Assembly: GCA_951406725.2 (NCBI GenBank)
Contig: OX597815.1
Location: 143,096,001-143,160,000 of the forward strand
Direction of reading: 5' to 3'
DNA: 64,000 nt
Source of the DNA: Octopus vulgaris
Lineage: Eukaryota
The notes below the pieces were generated by a model, which was given only the letters and a program-made list of their open reading frames with translations, was not told the DNA's origin and searched no databases. Each line of letters begins with the position of its first letter. Positions within the stretch are counted from its first letter, which is position 1. The position numbers and the translations under genes are program-made. Shown here in pieces: positions 15,353 through 29,100 of the stretch.

Positions 15353-15603
15353 TTAGTGGTTAGGCTGTTGCACTCACGACCGCAAGATTGTAGGTTCGAT
15401 TCCCAGACCAGGCGGCGCGTTATGTTCTTGGGCGAAGCACTTCGTTTCCCGTTGTACCAGTATCCCCCTTTCGGTTAGAGAGGAATGTTGGCCTGCTCGC
15501 TTCGCTAGCGCGGTAGTGTGAATCGAAAGCTAAAACGGTACAAACGCATTGTAACAAACTATATGTAACATCTGACAATCTTGTCGGTCACGTGATCACA
15601 TGA
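15353..15603 (+). mobile_element. CORE-like SINE with tail shared with the 9226 SINE
   Basis: B box ggttcgattcc; ttatgttcttgggcgaagcactt CORE-like segment; tail tgttggcctgctcgctt..ggtcacgtgatcac. Confidence 0.8.
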
Positions 15604-16049
15604 AATTTTTTGTGTAAGCTTTCTGTTGGGAGGAATGTTTGACTCTGAATAAATTACAAATGCTTTTCAATTGAGTAAATACACGAGTAAATACTTAATG
15701 ATTTAATTATTTGAAAACCGAGTTACCAGTCTACAAGTCAAAGAATTACTGGTGGGGAGTAATTTAATTCGTGTATAGTGTACGTGCATATTATATATTT
15801 ATGTGTGTGCATGCACACATGCGCGCGCGTGTTTGTGTGTGCGTGTGTGAGTGTAAAAGCAGGAATAGGGATTCAAAAGAGCCAGAGTTCATGGTAAGGC
15901 CTCTGCTACGTGACCGAGAAATCGGATTCTTACGTTACAGCACTATTATATATGTGAATCTACATGTATATATGCATTTGTATCAATGTAGAGAGAGAGG
16001 GGGATAGGCAGGGAAGGACAAAAGGAGAGAGGTAGAAATAAATATATAT

Positions 16050-16094
<45 letters not shown>

Positions 16095-16095
16095 C

Positions 16096-16186
<91 letters not shown>

Positions 16187-17273
16187 AAAGACAGGAAAAG
16201 TGTGAAAGCGACTATATAAATGAACTTGTGTGTGAGTCCAAATACACACGCATAGACACGTGCATACATACATACATACATACATACATACATGCCTTGT
16301 ATAGTTTATATTCTTAGAGAGTTGTTGCTATGGAAATTTTATTTTAATGTTATGTCGAAGGATTCGCAGAAAGAAATGACGTTTGGCAACGGTAAAATCC
16401 AGGGAGTTTAAAGACTTAAATAATTAGATTAAGTAAAGAGTAATTTAATGAAGAGAGGGTGAGGTATTGGGGCTGATTACCTGTCTGAGAATATTTGATT
16501 TTATATGACAATGAATGGATGTATTACTTATATATTTATGCGTGTATTTTTAACATTTTTCAAGCGGTGTACAATTCAATCAAAAGAGTTCTTGATTTAA
16601 CACTATTTCAAGACTACGTTATCTAACACGTGTATTTTTAAGGTGTTAGTATGTTGACTGAGTGAAAATCTTCTGCTTATTCTGGTTGGTTGAATGACAA
16701 AATATTGGCTCCCTCGATGGCATGTGTGTATAGATGTTGTAGTGAAGTAGTTTCTGGGGGTGTTTTGTGCTGATTTAGTACTTGATTCATTCAGTGATAT
16801 TTAATTCCCATTCTTTCAAACATTAGTTGGCTCGTATTGAATACATCAGTGGGTGCTCGGAGAAAATTGGCAGTTAGTGAATTTTGCTGAGATTAGGAAG
16901 GTCAATGGCAGTTTTAAAGTTAATTACATTTCTTAAATCTGTTCACTGTCTTCTGAAAACCTGGAGCTGATGTATTTAATTATTTTGCAATGCATACAAT
17001 CACAAACACGCACATACACGCACGCACTCATACACACACGTACACACACACACACACACACATGTATATTTATGTATGCTTGAGCGTAGTGCATATATAT
17101 GCATGTATGTATGCATGTACGTATGTAAGCATTATGTGCATGTATGTGTACATGTAAGTAAGCATGCATGTATTTATATATGTTTGTATGTATGTATGTA
17201 TGCATGTATGTATGTATGTATGCATGTATGTATGTATGTATGTATGTATGTATGTATGCATTCATGTGTGAGT

Positions 17274-17450
17274 GAGGGCATGCCTTCGTGGTTAGATCCT
17301 TTTGTTCCTGAACAAAACACTATTTCACGTTGCTCTGCGATCACTTGGTCAACTAATATGTACTATTCCGTGCAGCTATATGGGCAATTTCAATTTGACA
17401 GAGGGTGGGCGCTTATGTACAACACAAAAATGTTGGCCATTTTGCAGGTT
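17274..17450 (+). mobile_element. degenerate CORE-like SINE
   Basis: ttgttcctgaacaaaacactatttcacgttgctc matches the CORE-like segment at 26300 and 49570. Confidence 0.55.
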
Positions 17451-18022
17451 GTTCAGCAAGAAGTTGCAAAATCCATTATTAATATGTATGTATACGGGAA
17501 AAGGTAGATATATCCGCATACGAGGATCCAACTGAATGTAATGCACAATTACGAATAACTGTTTCATCCGTAAACATAGATCATAACATTTTTATTGACA
17601 TAGAACAGAGGTGATCTGCCAAAAGTGTACAGTAACTCTTCCTCTAAACAACAGTACTACTTAAAATAATCTACATCATAAACGATGCATTTGTGCCTGG
17701 GTTATAAGCTGCAACGTACCTTTATATAATGTTACAGGAGATTACAGAGCGTTTGTACATACAAACAGAAAAAAGATTATTGAATAGGTAGAAAAACGAT
17801 ATATATATTTTTAGTTGAAAATTACGCTCCTTAAGTTTCAACACTGATTTACGCGAGAATATATAAAGATATTGAAATAAGATCAGACAACAGTACAACT
17901 ATAATTAAATATCCTTGTACTGCTGGCAAATCATATTTTGATGTGTATATGAGTATTTATATTTATACATTGCGCTTCCTCGAGCTTACTTGGTGTAATT
18001 CAATTTCATCTTTGAATACACG

Positions 18023-18132
<110 letters not shown>

Positions 18133-18702
18133 ATGTATGTATGTATGTATGAAGAGACAGAGAGAGAGAGAAAAACACTCGCACAGAAAATCGAGAAAGC
18201 GTTACAGCATTAACTCCATACCAAAAACATTCTCCAAACTGCATTATTTGCCACGTCAATGGCTACTGAAGAATGATGTCTAGCTATATCCAAATATATG
18301 CAATGTAAAACAAAAATTTCCCCCATTCGTTAGTCTGTAAAATTTGCTTTACTTCGTGTTTTTATTTCCCTTGCTCTCCAGTTTATTTTTTTACTCGTAA
18401 TCAAATTTTATTCATAGACGGTCGTACATGACCAACTGACATCAATACTTGCTTTTTACAAGAATATTACAAGAAGCGAGCTCTGAGGCGAGTATGTAAT
18501 GAACCGTTTTGACTACATATATATGGAATACAAGAATATCGCGCGTTACAGACGTAGTGCTTTTTGCTGAAAATCTTGACGTAACCTGAAATATATTTTC
18601 ACATTTTGTGTTATAAATTTTTTCGAATAAAAAAGAAAAAAACATGAACAACAAATACAAGCCCCATGGATTGGAATAGCATTTTCTAAACATAAACAGT
18701 AC

Positions 18703-18750
<48 letters not shown>

Positions 18751-18960
18751 CATACATACATACATACATACATACATACATACATACATACATACATACA
18801 TACATACGTACGTACGTACATACATACACACACACATACATACATACATACATACATACATACATACGTACGTACATACATACATACATGATGGCCGTCC
18901 ACTCGTGACTGAGGAAGACCATTGCCGACCTTCAGGAACATTGTGCGCTCTAGGACTAAC

Positions 18961-19665
18961 TTATATTTTGCATTTGCGGCTCCGTTGGTGGCTAATGAGC
19001 CCTGCTCTTGACAAGCACACACGACTGCAAACATTGCAGACCAAGCTTTCCCCATTCACTATACGAGCCGTGCGCTTTCGCACAGCTCGCCTAAGTTCTT
19101 CATGCTGGATACGTGCTCTCTCAAAAGTGTCGATCCCCTCCTTAACCTGCTTCCTCCATCTGTGGTGATGACAGGCATTGTTCTCCCAGTCAGTGTCCTG
19201 CATATCAAAGGCCTTTAACGAGGACTTAACACAGTCCTTAAATCGCAGCCTTGGTTTCTGCCGGAGTCTCCTTCCATTCACAAGTTCTCCATAGAGCATC
19301 TGCTTAGGAATCCTTCTATCCTCCATTCTAATAAGGTGTCCAGTCCAACGCAACCGGTGCTTGTGTACCATCGCCTCAATACTCAAGATATCAGCTGTCC
19401 TCAGCATCTGTGTGTCTGGAATTTTTGAGGTCCAGTCAACATTGAGAATGTGTCTGAGACATCTCTGATGAAAACGTTCAAGGACCCTTACCTGACGTTT
19501 GTACAGAGTCCATGTCTTACATGAGTAGAGAAGCACTGTCAGTACACAAGCACGGTACACAGCAACTTTTGTTCTCCTTGAGATGCCATGTTGGGACCAG
19601 ACACGAGACTGAAAAGACCAGAAGGAATTTGTTGCTCTCTGCAACCTGAAAGATATTTCCCTCAT
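18961..19665 (-). CDS. RTE LINE ORF, C-terminal part
   Basis: TKVAVYRACVLTVLLY..RLRWTGHLIRM..RIPKQMLYGEL..CNVCSRVCLSRAGLISHQR (RTE/BovB-type C-terminus). Confidence 0.88.
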   Translation of the reverse strand: MREISFRLQRATNSFWSFQSRVWSQHGISRRTKVAVYRACVLTVLLYSCKTWTLYKRQVRVLERFHQRCLRHILNVDWTSKIPDTQMLRTADILSIEAMVHKHRLRWTGHLIRMEDRRIPKQMLYGELVNGRRLRQKPRLRFKDCVKSSLKAFDMQDTDWENNACHHHRWRKQVKEGIDTFERARIQHEELRRAVRKRTARIVNGESLVCNVCSRVCLSRAGLISHQRSRKCKI

Positions 19666-21046
19666 CCAGGGAGCAAGAACGGCTGAGTGTGCTGCCTAGG
19701 TAGACAAACTTGTCTACTACCTTCATAATTGTTCCTTCAACCAAGATAGCTGGTTCTATATATGGATTTCCTGGTGCAGGCTGGAACATTACATCAGTCT
19801 TGTCCAGGCTAATGCTGAGTCCAAATGCCCTGCAAGAAGCAGAAATGCAATTCATGAGTATTTGCATGTCATCCACTGTATGAGTGACTAAGTCATAGTC
19901 ATCTGCATAAAGGAGGTCACGAATAAGAGACTGGGAAACCTTTGAATTGGCAGCAAATCGGCGAAGATTAAAGAGGCGGCCAGAAGATCGATATCTGACA
20001 TATATTCCCAGAGAGCTAACCTTAGCAAAAGCATGAGTAAAAGTGGCAGCAAAGTACAAAGAAAAGAGAGTTGGGGCAAGGATGTCACCCTGCTTAACAC
20101 CATTCTCTACAGGAATAGGTCCCGCCATGGCACCACCAACATTGACCCAAGCCTCCATCCCATCATGAAATGATTTAATTATAGATACAAAGTGATCCGG
20201 ACATCCAAGTTTGCCAAGTATTTTCCATAGAAAGGCCCTATTTTCAGTATCAAAGGCCTTAGTTAAATCAATGAATACCTGGACAAGATCCATATTCTGC
20301 TCATAGCACTTCTCCTGCATCTGTCTTGCTGTGAAAATCATATCCATTGTCCCCCTACCAGATCGGAAGCCACATTGAGATTCAGATAGGACATCATTTA
20401 CGAGACACCCATTCAGACGGGTAAGAAGAATATTTGCCAGAACCTTGCCAGCAGCTGATAGTAGAGCAATACCTCTGTAGTTACCACACATTGTTCTGGC
20501 TCCTTTTCCTTTATATAGAGGAAGAATAATTGCATCCTTCCAGTCCTTAGGGATTGCACCATCCCTCCAGACTGCACTAATAAGTTCATGAAGGGACTGT
20601 GTGATGCAATTACCACCAAATCGCAAGACCTCAACACAAATTCCATCCTTTCCAGGTGCCATACCAAGATTCAATTTACTTATTGATGTCATTACTTCAT
20701 GTATTGATGGCGATGAGTCTAAGGAGTCAATGATAGGTCTTTGTTTCATAGTATCAATCACTGTTTCATCCACAACTGACTCATGGTTTAGGAGTTCAGA
20801 GAAGTGTTCGATCCAGCGACCTGTGATTTCTGTTGATTTGGTAAACAGAGTGGAAGACTCCTTGGAAAGCAAAGGAGCTGATGTGGAGCTCTTAGGTCCA
20901 TAAGCTCGCTTCATAAGATGGTAAAGCTTCTTGTTGTCATTTGCATCAGCAGCAGCCTGAACATCACGAGCAAGATCCTCCCACCAAGTGTTCTGCATCT
21001 TCCTGAGAGATCGCTGTAGTAGTGATTTTACAGTTATAGTGGGCAA
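19517..21046 (-). CDS. RTE LINE ORF, reverse transcriptase part (frameshift near 19660)
   Basis: APGKDGI, NYRGIALLS, QCGFRSGRGTMDMIF, FIDLTKAFD, GVKQGDILAPTLF, LYADD, FVYLGS. Confidence 0.9.
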   Translation of the reverse strand: MPTITVKSLLQRSLRKMQNTWWEDLARDVQAAADANDNKKLYHLMKRAYGPKSSTSAPLLSKESSTLFTKSTEITGRWIEHFSELLNHESVVDETVIDTMKQRPIIDSLDSSPSIHEVMTSISKLNLGMAPGKDGICVEVLRFGGNCITQSLHELISAVWRDGAIPKDWKDAIILPLYKGKGARTMCGNYRGIALLSAAGKVLANILLTRLNGCLVNDVLSESQCGFRSGRGTMDMIFTARQMQEKCYEQNMDLVQVFIDLTKAFDTENRAFLWKILGKLGCPDHFVSIIKSFHDGMEAWVNVGGAMAGPIPVENGVKQGDILAPTLFSLYFAATFTHAFAKVSSLGIYVRYRSSGRLFNLRRFAANSKVSQSLIRDLLYADDYDLVTHTVDDMQILMNCISASCRAFGLSISLDKTDVMFQPAPGNPYIEPAILVEGTIMKVVDKFVYLGSTLSRSCSLDEGNIFQVAESNKFLLVFSVSCLVPTWHLKENKSCCVPCLCTDSASLLM

Positions 21047-21242
21047 GTGCTAGACTTCGCTGCACAGTAGACAGTTCTCTGTGCAGCAACACACTATGGG
21101 CATGGCGCTTCACCACTAATACATACATACATACAGACAGACAGACGTACGTACGTACATACATACATACATACATACATACATACATACATACATACAT
21201 ACATACATACATACATACATACATACATACATAAAGCTTTTG

Positions 21243-23106
21243 AAGAAACGTAGGTTACGAGATAAATAAGAATCGTTATAATGTAATTGAGTATACTGTT
21301 ACCACCAAAGACGTTGACTACAGAATGAAAGAATGGAATGCGAGTTAAAGAGAGGATGAGCGGATGGGAGGATCTTATATCTTATAGTTCATCATCATCA
21401 ACATCTGATTCAGAGTTGAAAAATTTAACTAAAGTCATTTTATGGCTAAGGAGCATCATCGCTTTGTCCAACTCAGCGTAGGAGCTGAGCTCATTGTAAA
21501 TTTCTCTTGTAATTGTTATGCTATATTCACTATGATGGTTGTTATCGGCTAAAACTTGCAGACTCTCCTTTATAAGTACCCTTAGCAATATTTCTTGCTC
21601 TCAATTTAAGTGGGAAAAGTGGAATGTCCATATTTTCGTCTATGTTCTCTGGTTCATCTTGATCCAACAGCAACTCAGCGTAAGATAAATTTTCACTATA
21701 GAACACAAGCAACTCAATAACATCATCTTCTATGCCTCCTCCAAGTCCCACACTATTTGCAATTGTCACGTTATCTTTTTGAATTTTATACAGATTTTTA
21801 TGCTTTTGAAAATATTTAAAAGGTCATGGATTCAATCTGGTTATATATTTTTCAAGCACCATTCAAATTTGAGTGTTTCATTTTATTCCATGACTCAGTT
21901 ATGTTATCTTTTAAAAAGGACCTTGGCCATTTGTTCCTTCTTATTTGAATGCCAAATCGGAATTCGGTTAAACTTCTAGTAACCCTTGAAAGCATTTGGA
22001 TTTTGTGACTGATACACGATAAAACGCTTAAATTCCATATCGTCAACGGCATGTTCTTCCAGAAGAAACGTCATACGAGTTTTGCAGGCGTTAAATCTCC
22101 TGGTGTTTTTTTTTTTTTTTTCTTGTCGAGCGATATAAGTTCTAGCAAACTCGCGCTTCTAGAAAAGTGCAGTTTTATCAATATTGTATATTTGATTTGT
22201 TGTGTATCTTGCTTCAGCAATCGTTTTTCTTTTCAGTTGGTCATGGTAACTGGCAGCGTCCTTTGTATCAACGCTGGCAGCTTCTCCACTCATTTTTATG
22301 CTGTACGGATTCAAGTACTTTTTTTTAATTTTCAAACCTCCTTTGCTAGCCCAAAAAAGGCTTTCTTAAGAAGTTTCGACTTTTTTTCTGCAAATTATCA
22401 TACAAAATCTTGGCTTTTATCTTTTTAAGGAGTTTTTCGCTTTTAGGCATTGCATTAGATTTATGAAAAAATAAAGTCTTGGTACTTAACATAGTAACTT
22501 CTTTAGCTCTTAACTTAATTTTCTTTCTATTGTCATGAAGTATTCCCACAGTAGGTGTGACAAGCTTTAATGTTTTAGCAATTTAGCTTATTTCTTTTCT
22601 CCTGATCAAGCCTTCATAAATTTAATATCCAGTGGTGAAAATTGGCTTATATACATACATATGGCGTGGTGGGGAGCGTCTGTATGTGTGCGTGTGTGTG
22701 CATGAGCGTGAGTGGATATGGGTATCTACATCTGTGTGTCTATGTATGCCTATATAAGTGTGTGTTTTTTCTGTGTGTGTGTGTGTGTAAAGAGATAGAT
22801 AGGTAGATAGATAGTTATTCCTTCTGACTCATGAAAATATCCCAAAATACATACACACACATACGCATGTATAAGTATATATCGTGATTATAGTTTTTCA
22901 AATTAACTACGCTTTAATATTAGCTAAAACGCCAAGAAGAAACCTTTTACCTAAGAATAAATTGCAGATTTTAAATTATTAAATTTATCTGAGTTACGGT
23001 GAGGAAGAAATGATTAACCGTATACCGAAATTTGTAGTCATACTTTACAACTTACGTAAGAGGGAAATTCCGTAACCTGCGGGTGCCGTAACACGACGGA
23101 TGTCTG
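21243..23106 (-). mobile_element. degenerate Tigger/pogo DNA transposon
   Basis: TA-cagacatccgtcgtgttacg TIR at 23106; broken ASKG-FE..SGEAASVD..QIYNIDKTALF motifs at ~22350-22160. Confidence 0.75.
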
Positions 23107-24639
23107 TATCTTCAAAATCTTCAAGAATGCATTTCTTCTACGATTGGATTTTTTTAATTTTCATTCATATATTTTAAAATAACAATGTAGCTGTGAAAAA
23201 TGTGTCCTCATGAAGAGTTTCGTTAGAGCTGGAAACTACACTGATTAAATGAATGAAACTACACAGATTTTTTTTCCCCATGATTTTGATATGGCAATTA
23301 GATATGAAGTATTGATACTATAGTCTGTGAAAGATTAACGACAGATTTGTGCACATGATACCTCCTTTCAATTTCCAAGAGTTTAATAAATAGACTCGTA
23401 AGAACCAGGAAGTTTCAATACAGAACACCTTTTCAAACTCATGCTGTAATAAAAGACTAATTGTTATTTCTAATATTGCCGTATTGTCTCTTCATCCGAA
23501 ATTTTCAAAAGCTTCCAATGAAATTCTCCAGCGTTCTGGTATTAAAAAAAATTTCAAGATATTTCTGGAGCTAATTAAATTTCTATCATAAGTAGGATTT
23601 AAAAACAAAACACAAGAAGTGAAGAAGAAACAAAAACTATCCTTGCTGCAATCAATTCTGTAGAGGTTTGGAATTACAATGAAGGAGAAAAAATATACTG
23701 CTTTTCGATTGTTCTAGATTCTATACAAACGCATCTCGATGTTGTCGTAAATTGATTGAAATCATCAGGAAAAGACAAGAAAAGTAAGTGGGTGTCGTCC
23801 TGCTAGGCAAATATCAACAGGGTTGAGATAACAACACGTGAGTAGAATAAGGGAAGAAGAGTAAAGATTAATTAAAAGAAGACGAAGAATCTGATATGAA
23901 ATAGCTAACGACAAAAAAAAATACGAAACTGCTGGAGTAGTTAGGTTAGCTCCGCTTAGAGATTTAGTATTTTTTAGATTTGATAGATTTAGTTTTTGTT
24001 AGTTTTTCTTTAGAAAAAAATTATTTGATCACTGCCGACATTTTCTGAATGAATTGAAACATCAAATGTCAAGAGATTAAAACCAACAACAGCAAAATGA
24101 TGAAAATCATTCTCTTGCTTTCTTTCTCATTCCTTTCATTTCATGTATTCCATGTTCGTGAATGTGCATTAGCGAATATGTATGTTTGTGATTTCGTGTG
24201 TGTGAGTGCATATGTGTGCGAATGTGTGTGTGTGTGTCTGTGTCATCAATTGGCTGACATCATATCAAGCTTTTGTTTTACTCTATGTTGTAATTTTATC
24301 TTCTTTGATTGCAGTAATATACGCATATATACACATAGGCATACACACACACACACGTATATATATATTTACATATAATTATACATACATATATATACAT
24401 ATATAAATATATGTGTATATATAATTATAAGTACATATGTGAGTATCTATATGTGTGCGTATAAATATATATACATATATTTGCACTCACACATACGTGC
24501 ATGTGTATGCATATATATTCATGCAAAAGTACATTGATTGGAATGCATGTGTGCGCACGTATAATTACGCATGCGTATATGCACGTTTGTATACGCTTGC
24601 ATGCGAGTGTAATACATGGAGGAAAGCCGGAACCATTGT

Positions 24640-25560
24640 TAATATAGGAGAAGACAGAGGAGAATGAAGAAAAGGAGTAGGAGAAGGACAGTTCTGAAAC
24701 TATAATGGTAAAGGTGGAGTGATGAATATAGGGAGGTAAAGTGTGAGAAGAGAGAGTAAATGGCAAGGCTATAATACGTGACAGTAATGAGAGAGAAGCT
24801 GCTATATAAAGAGAGGAAGAAAGAACGAGAATGCATGAAGGAATGATTGAATGAATTAACGAAGGAATGAATGAATGAAAAGGAAATGGAAAAAATGCTA
24901 ATAAAAGTTGTTTATAAGAAAGGTGAGATAGTATTTGAAGACAGAGACAGGATAGAAGAGAGAAACAGGGAGAAACAAAGGGAGTGTGAAAGAGAGAGAG
25001 AGTCTGGCATAAGAAGAAATTAAGAGAGGATAACAAAGTAACAGCATGGCACTGTGGTAGAGGATATTGGAGAGAGAGAGAGAGACAGACAGAGATAGAG
25101 ATAGACAGAGAGAGAGAGAGGAGAGGACATAATGACGGATTAAATGAGAGGCGGGAAGTAATGATATGTTAAAGCGTCAAAGAAAGGAAAGATAGAAAGT
25201 GAGTAGTGTAATGACAGAGGAAAGAAGGAAGATTGGCAGAAAGTGGATAATGTGATGGAAGGGAAGAGAGAGGAGATAGATATTAATATTTAAGAGAGAC
25301 GAAAACAATAATAGAAACGTTTAAAAGGAAGGGAGAGACAAGTGACAGAGTAAGAGTATCGAGGTGAGAACTTGTTAATACTGACACTGATGAGAAAGTA
25401 GTTTGATAAAGGTGAGTACTATATAGAGAATATGGGAATTGCAGAGATAAAATATTGCGTATAAAAATTATAGAGACAGAAGAAGTAAGATATAAAGAGA
25501 CTGATACTGGAAAAAAAGAGAGAGAGATACAGAAGAGAAATGATTTATTTAGTTGCAAGA
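24640..25560. repeat. long purine-rich (GA) low-complexity tract
   Basis: Strong A/G bias on + strand with (GA)n core at 25070-25125. Confidence 0.8.
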
Positions 25561-26216
25561 ATAGGTAATTTCAAAAATCTACAAGCAATTTGAAACTTGT
25601 TTTATCTTTCGGAATTTTTTTAATAGTTTTCCTTATTTTTCTACTTAAAGATCAGCTCTGTCACTTCAGCAGTTCTGTGTACTTCTCTGTATTTCTATTC
25701 TATGGTCATAATCTATAAATATCTCCTATTATTCACCCCTATATTTTCCTTCTACAATTTTACCCGTATAAATACTTCATGGTTTCATTTGCCCTGTAAT
25801 TCTACCTAAAATTCCATTCTTTAATTCTGCTCTATAGTTATAAAACATGGTTTACACTATAGTTCTACACTGTAGTTCTACACTATAGTTCTACTCTATA
25901 GACCTATCATTCTACCTTGAAGTTTATCATTAAAGTTATACTATATATCTATCTGTCCTACATAAATCTATTCCACATTTGTATGTTATTGCTGTATACT
26001 GCATTCTAATCTGTTTATTATTGTCTACAGTCCTGCCTGCACTAAGTTCTATTCTATAATTCTGTAGTCCTCTGCTGTATACTTCTACCCAGTAGGTCTG
26101 TATATTCACAACAGGATATATCTATATTATTGTTTTATCATAAGTTCTACTGTATACTTTTACCCTATTGTTCAATAATCATATCATATTTCTCGACTCT
26201 TCAGTTCTCTGCTGTA

Positions 26217-26550
26217 AGGCGCATGGATCAGTAGTTAGAGCCTCGGACCCGCAATCATGAGGTAGTGAGTTCGATTCCAGGACCAGGTTGTGTGTTGTGC
26301 TCACGAGTGAGATACTTTATTTCACGTTGCTCCAGTTTACTCAGTTGTTGAAATGAGCTGCAACGTTACTGGTGCCAAGCTGTACTGACTTTTGCTTTTC
26401 CCTTGGATAACATTGGTGGGATAAAGAGGGGAGGCTGCTATACGTGAGCGTCTGCTGGTCTTCTATGAACAGCTTTGCCCGATCTTGTTCTTCGGAGGGT
26501 AATTTTTTAGGCGCAATCCCACGATCATTTATGACCAAAGGGTGTCTTTT
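26217..26550 (+). mobile_element. CORE-like tRNA SINE
   Basis: ggcgcatggatcagtagttag..gagttcgattcc; CORE-like gatactttatttcacgttgctccagtttactcagttgttgaaatgag. Confidence 0.8.
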
Positions 26551-27163
26551 AGTCCCTCGCTATACTTTGAATTTACACTTCAACCACATAGTTTTAGCAT
26601 ATAGTTATACTCCACATATCTACACAGTTATTCATCCTTGGAATCTATATTACTACCATATACTCATATACTATATTTCTACCTATCCTACAATCCTACT
26701 CTATCGCTCTATTCTACTGATTTACTCCCTAGTTCTACGATATTGCACTACTCTATAGTTCTTTTCTATAATACTACTCCATACTACGGTTCTGTTCTAT
26801 ATTTCTACTCTGTAGATCTACTTTATAAATCATTACTTGTAGTTCTATTTTCTTGGATGTTTCCTATACTTTTGTCCAATAAGTTTACTTTATAGTATAA
26901 TTACTATATAGTATAATTAATATATAGTAGCGCTCTATAATTCTATTCTATAGTTCTATGTTTATTATTGTTCTGCGTTTTAGCTTATATTTTCTATATA
27001 GCTCCATTCAATGTATCTTCTCAATTGTTCCACTCTATTCTACAATGCTGTCTTCTTCTGCTACTTCTTAACTCCTCCTCTTCCCTTTTTCTTCTCCTCC
27101 TCCTCCTTTTCTTCTCTTTCCCCTCCTTTTCCTTCTCTTCTTCTTCTTCTTCTCATTATTATT

Positions 27164-27205
<42 letters not shown>

Positions 27206-27249
27206 GCTGCTGCTGCTGCTGCTGCTGTTGTTGTTGTTATTGCTTAAGC

Positions 27250-27906
27250 GACCAAACTTGATATGCGTCTCACAGTGCTGCGCCAGGAATCTCTGCACCA
27301 ACCACCATTAACTTTGGCAGATGTGTGTCGTATTATGTATTTCCACCAATAACATCATTGTAATAGAATTATATGTGCCTTTTATAAGAGTGCAAAAGTT
27401 TCCAACATATGGCCCTTAGTCCAGCACTAAAGCAATGGTGAGCAAAGCCTAATCTGCGTTGAGCAATAACTGTAGAAATAAGTGGAATATCCTCCTTGAT
27501 CTTCTGCCTACGCCATGAGATGTTTTGAGCCTTCTTCAAAGTCTGGTGTAAGCATAATCAGGGTGATCGTGAAGCGTTTTCTTCATAGTCCAGGTTTCGG
27601 TTCCACGGAGAAAAAAAGGCTTTCTACAATAGCCCCAAAGAAACTTTAGTTGACTTTGTAATACTTGGCAGCTGCCAGCTGTCCTCAGGCTTGTTGAAAG
27701 GCACTCCCGTCTATTCACTCCCGTATAAAGGAATTTTTCTTATTGTCAGCAACGTAGGGCCCAAAATATGATATTTGAAGTTGACCCATCGTAGGAAAAA
27801 TATAATAGCTTTCATCTTCATTGATGCTCATGAATGCAGTCCTTTCATCTTCATTGATGATCATGAATGCAGCCCTTTTTGCATTGAGAAACAAGTCGAC
27901 TCCTGC

Positions 27907-27961
<55 letters not shown>

Positions 27962-29100
27962 GAAAACTCGTTAAATGGACCGTCTGCGCTAAGCGCAAAT
28001 CTTCATAAATTTTCTTACATCTAGAATACTATAGCTAAACAGGTTATCTTACATAGCTTTTCTCTGGACACTATGAAATGAATCCATAAGCATTATCTAC
28101 AAATATGATTAATGACTTCTTCAATATTTCTTTAAAGGTCAAGGATCAGTAATAGTGTCATATATCTTTGCGGAAGCCGTTATGGTTCTATCTTATAAGT
28201 GATGAATGTGAAAGAAAATTGTATTAAGGAGCACAGAGTTGTGAAGTTTTGTGGATAGGGAAGAACATGTAATCCCTCGATAATTCTGAAGTAGGTGAAG
28301 TTTTTTTTTTTAAGTGGAATAACTGAAGACTTCGAGAAAGCTGTTGGTTTGTTTCCACAATAGGTTTTATTACAGAAGTCCAAAAGATGTTTGTGGAAGA
28401 GTGTACTTCCCTAAATGATGGCAATAATTCTATATAGATCTGATGTCTTGTTGTTTCATTATCTTTTTTAGGACAGATTTTAAACTGTTTTATGGTAAAT
28501 GGGCCGGTCTTACCTCGCAATCTATCGGCTATTTTATAGCCGAAGAGTAGGATCGTTACCCAGTTTGATATTATCAAGTACAAATCTAAAGTACAGAAAC
28601 TAGGCATCTAGATGTCTGCCAGTACTTTTCTCATTGAAGAAATTTTCTTCTTGGTAAGTTTTCTTATAACTGCCCAGGTAGCAGCATGATTGTTCTCATA
28701 GAGGAAGTCTTCGATTTCTTCAATTATGGATTTAATATGTTTCTAGTGCCGCCCTGTACTCTTCCTCAAGAGCAACTTTAGCCGAATCAAGCTTCATTTC
28801 AGTATTCCTGGTGAACTGAGACTGGTGTTTCTGACCGCCTTCTTCAAATCCCTTCTGAGCCTGGTTACCTTTTCATTGGAAGCGAAGATTAGTTTCTCTT
28901 CTCAGTGTTATATATTTGCCGAGTGGCATGTGCATCCCTGCAATTCTTGTAATCTCAATTTTATCACAAAGTTTGATGAACCCATTGTGTTCAGCAACTG
29001 TAAACTCCTTGAATAGTTTACCATCACCTGCTACTTTTCTCCACTTAAATTGTTTCATCGGATCTCTAATTTGTACGTTGCTCTTACGGTAATTTTGCTA
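27250..29100 (-). pseudogene. degenerate RTE-X/RTE-like LINE
   Basis: Broken motifs SSVIPLKKK..NYRGIT (~28330-28270) and GTETWTMKK..YAYTRL..NISW..RRLGFAHHC (~27610-27430); internal (GTT)n at 27908-27962. Confidence 0.7.

Larger units (their letters stand above)
18890..21117 (-). mobile_element. RTE-clade LINE, 5'-truncated, near intact
   Basis: RT ORF plus C-terminal ORF and ~70-bp 3'UTR ending ggacggccatc(atgt)n; flanked by (CATA)n on both sides; no endonuclease domain present. Confidence 0.95.

Noticed and set aside
24425-25036. 203-aa hydrophobic ORF resembling a membrane protein
   Set aside because: Product of the CT-rich minus strand and TA/CA repeats.
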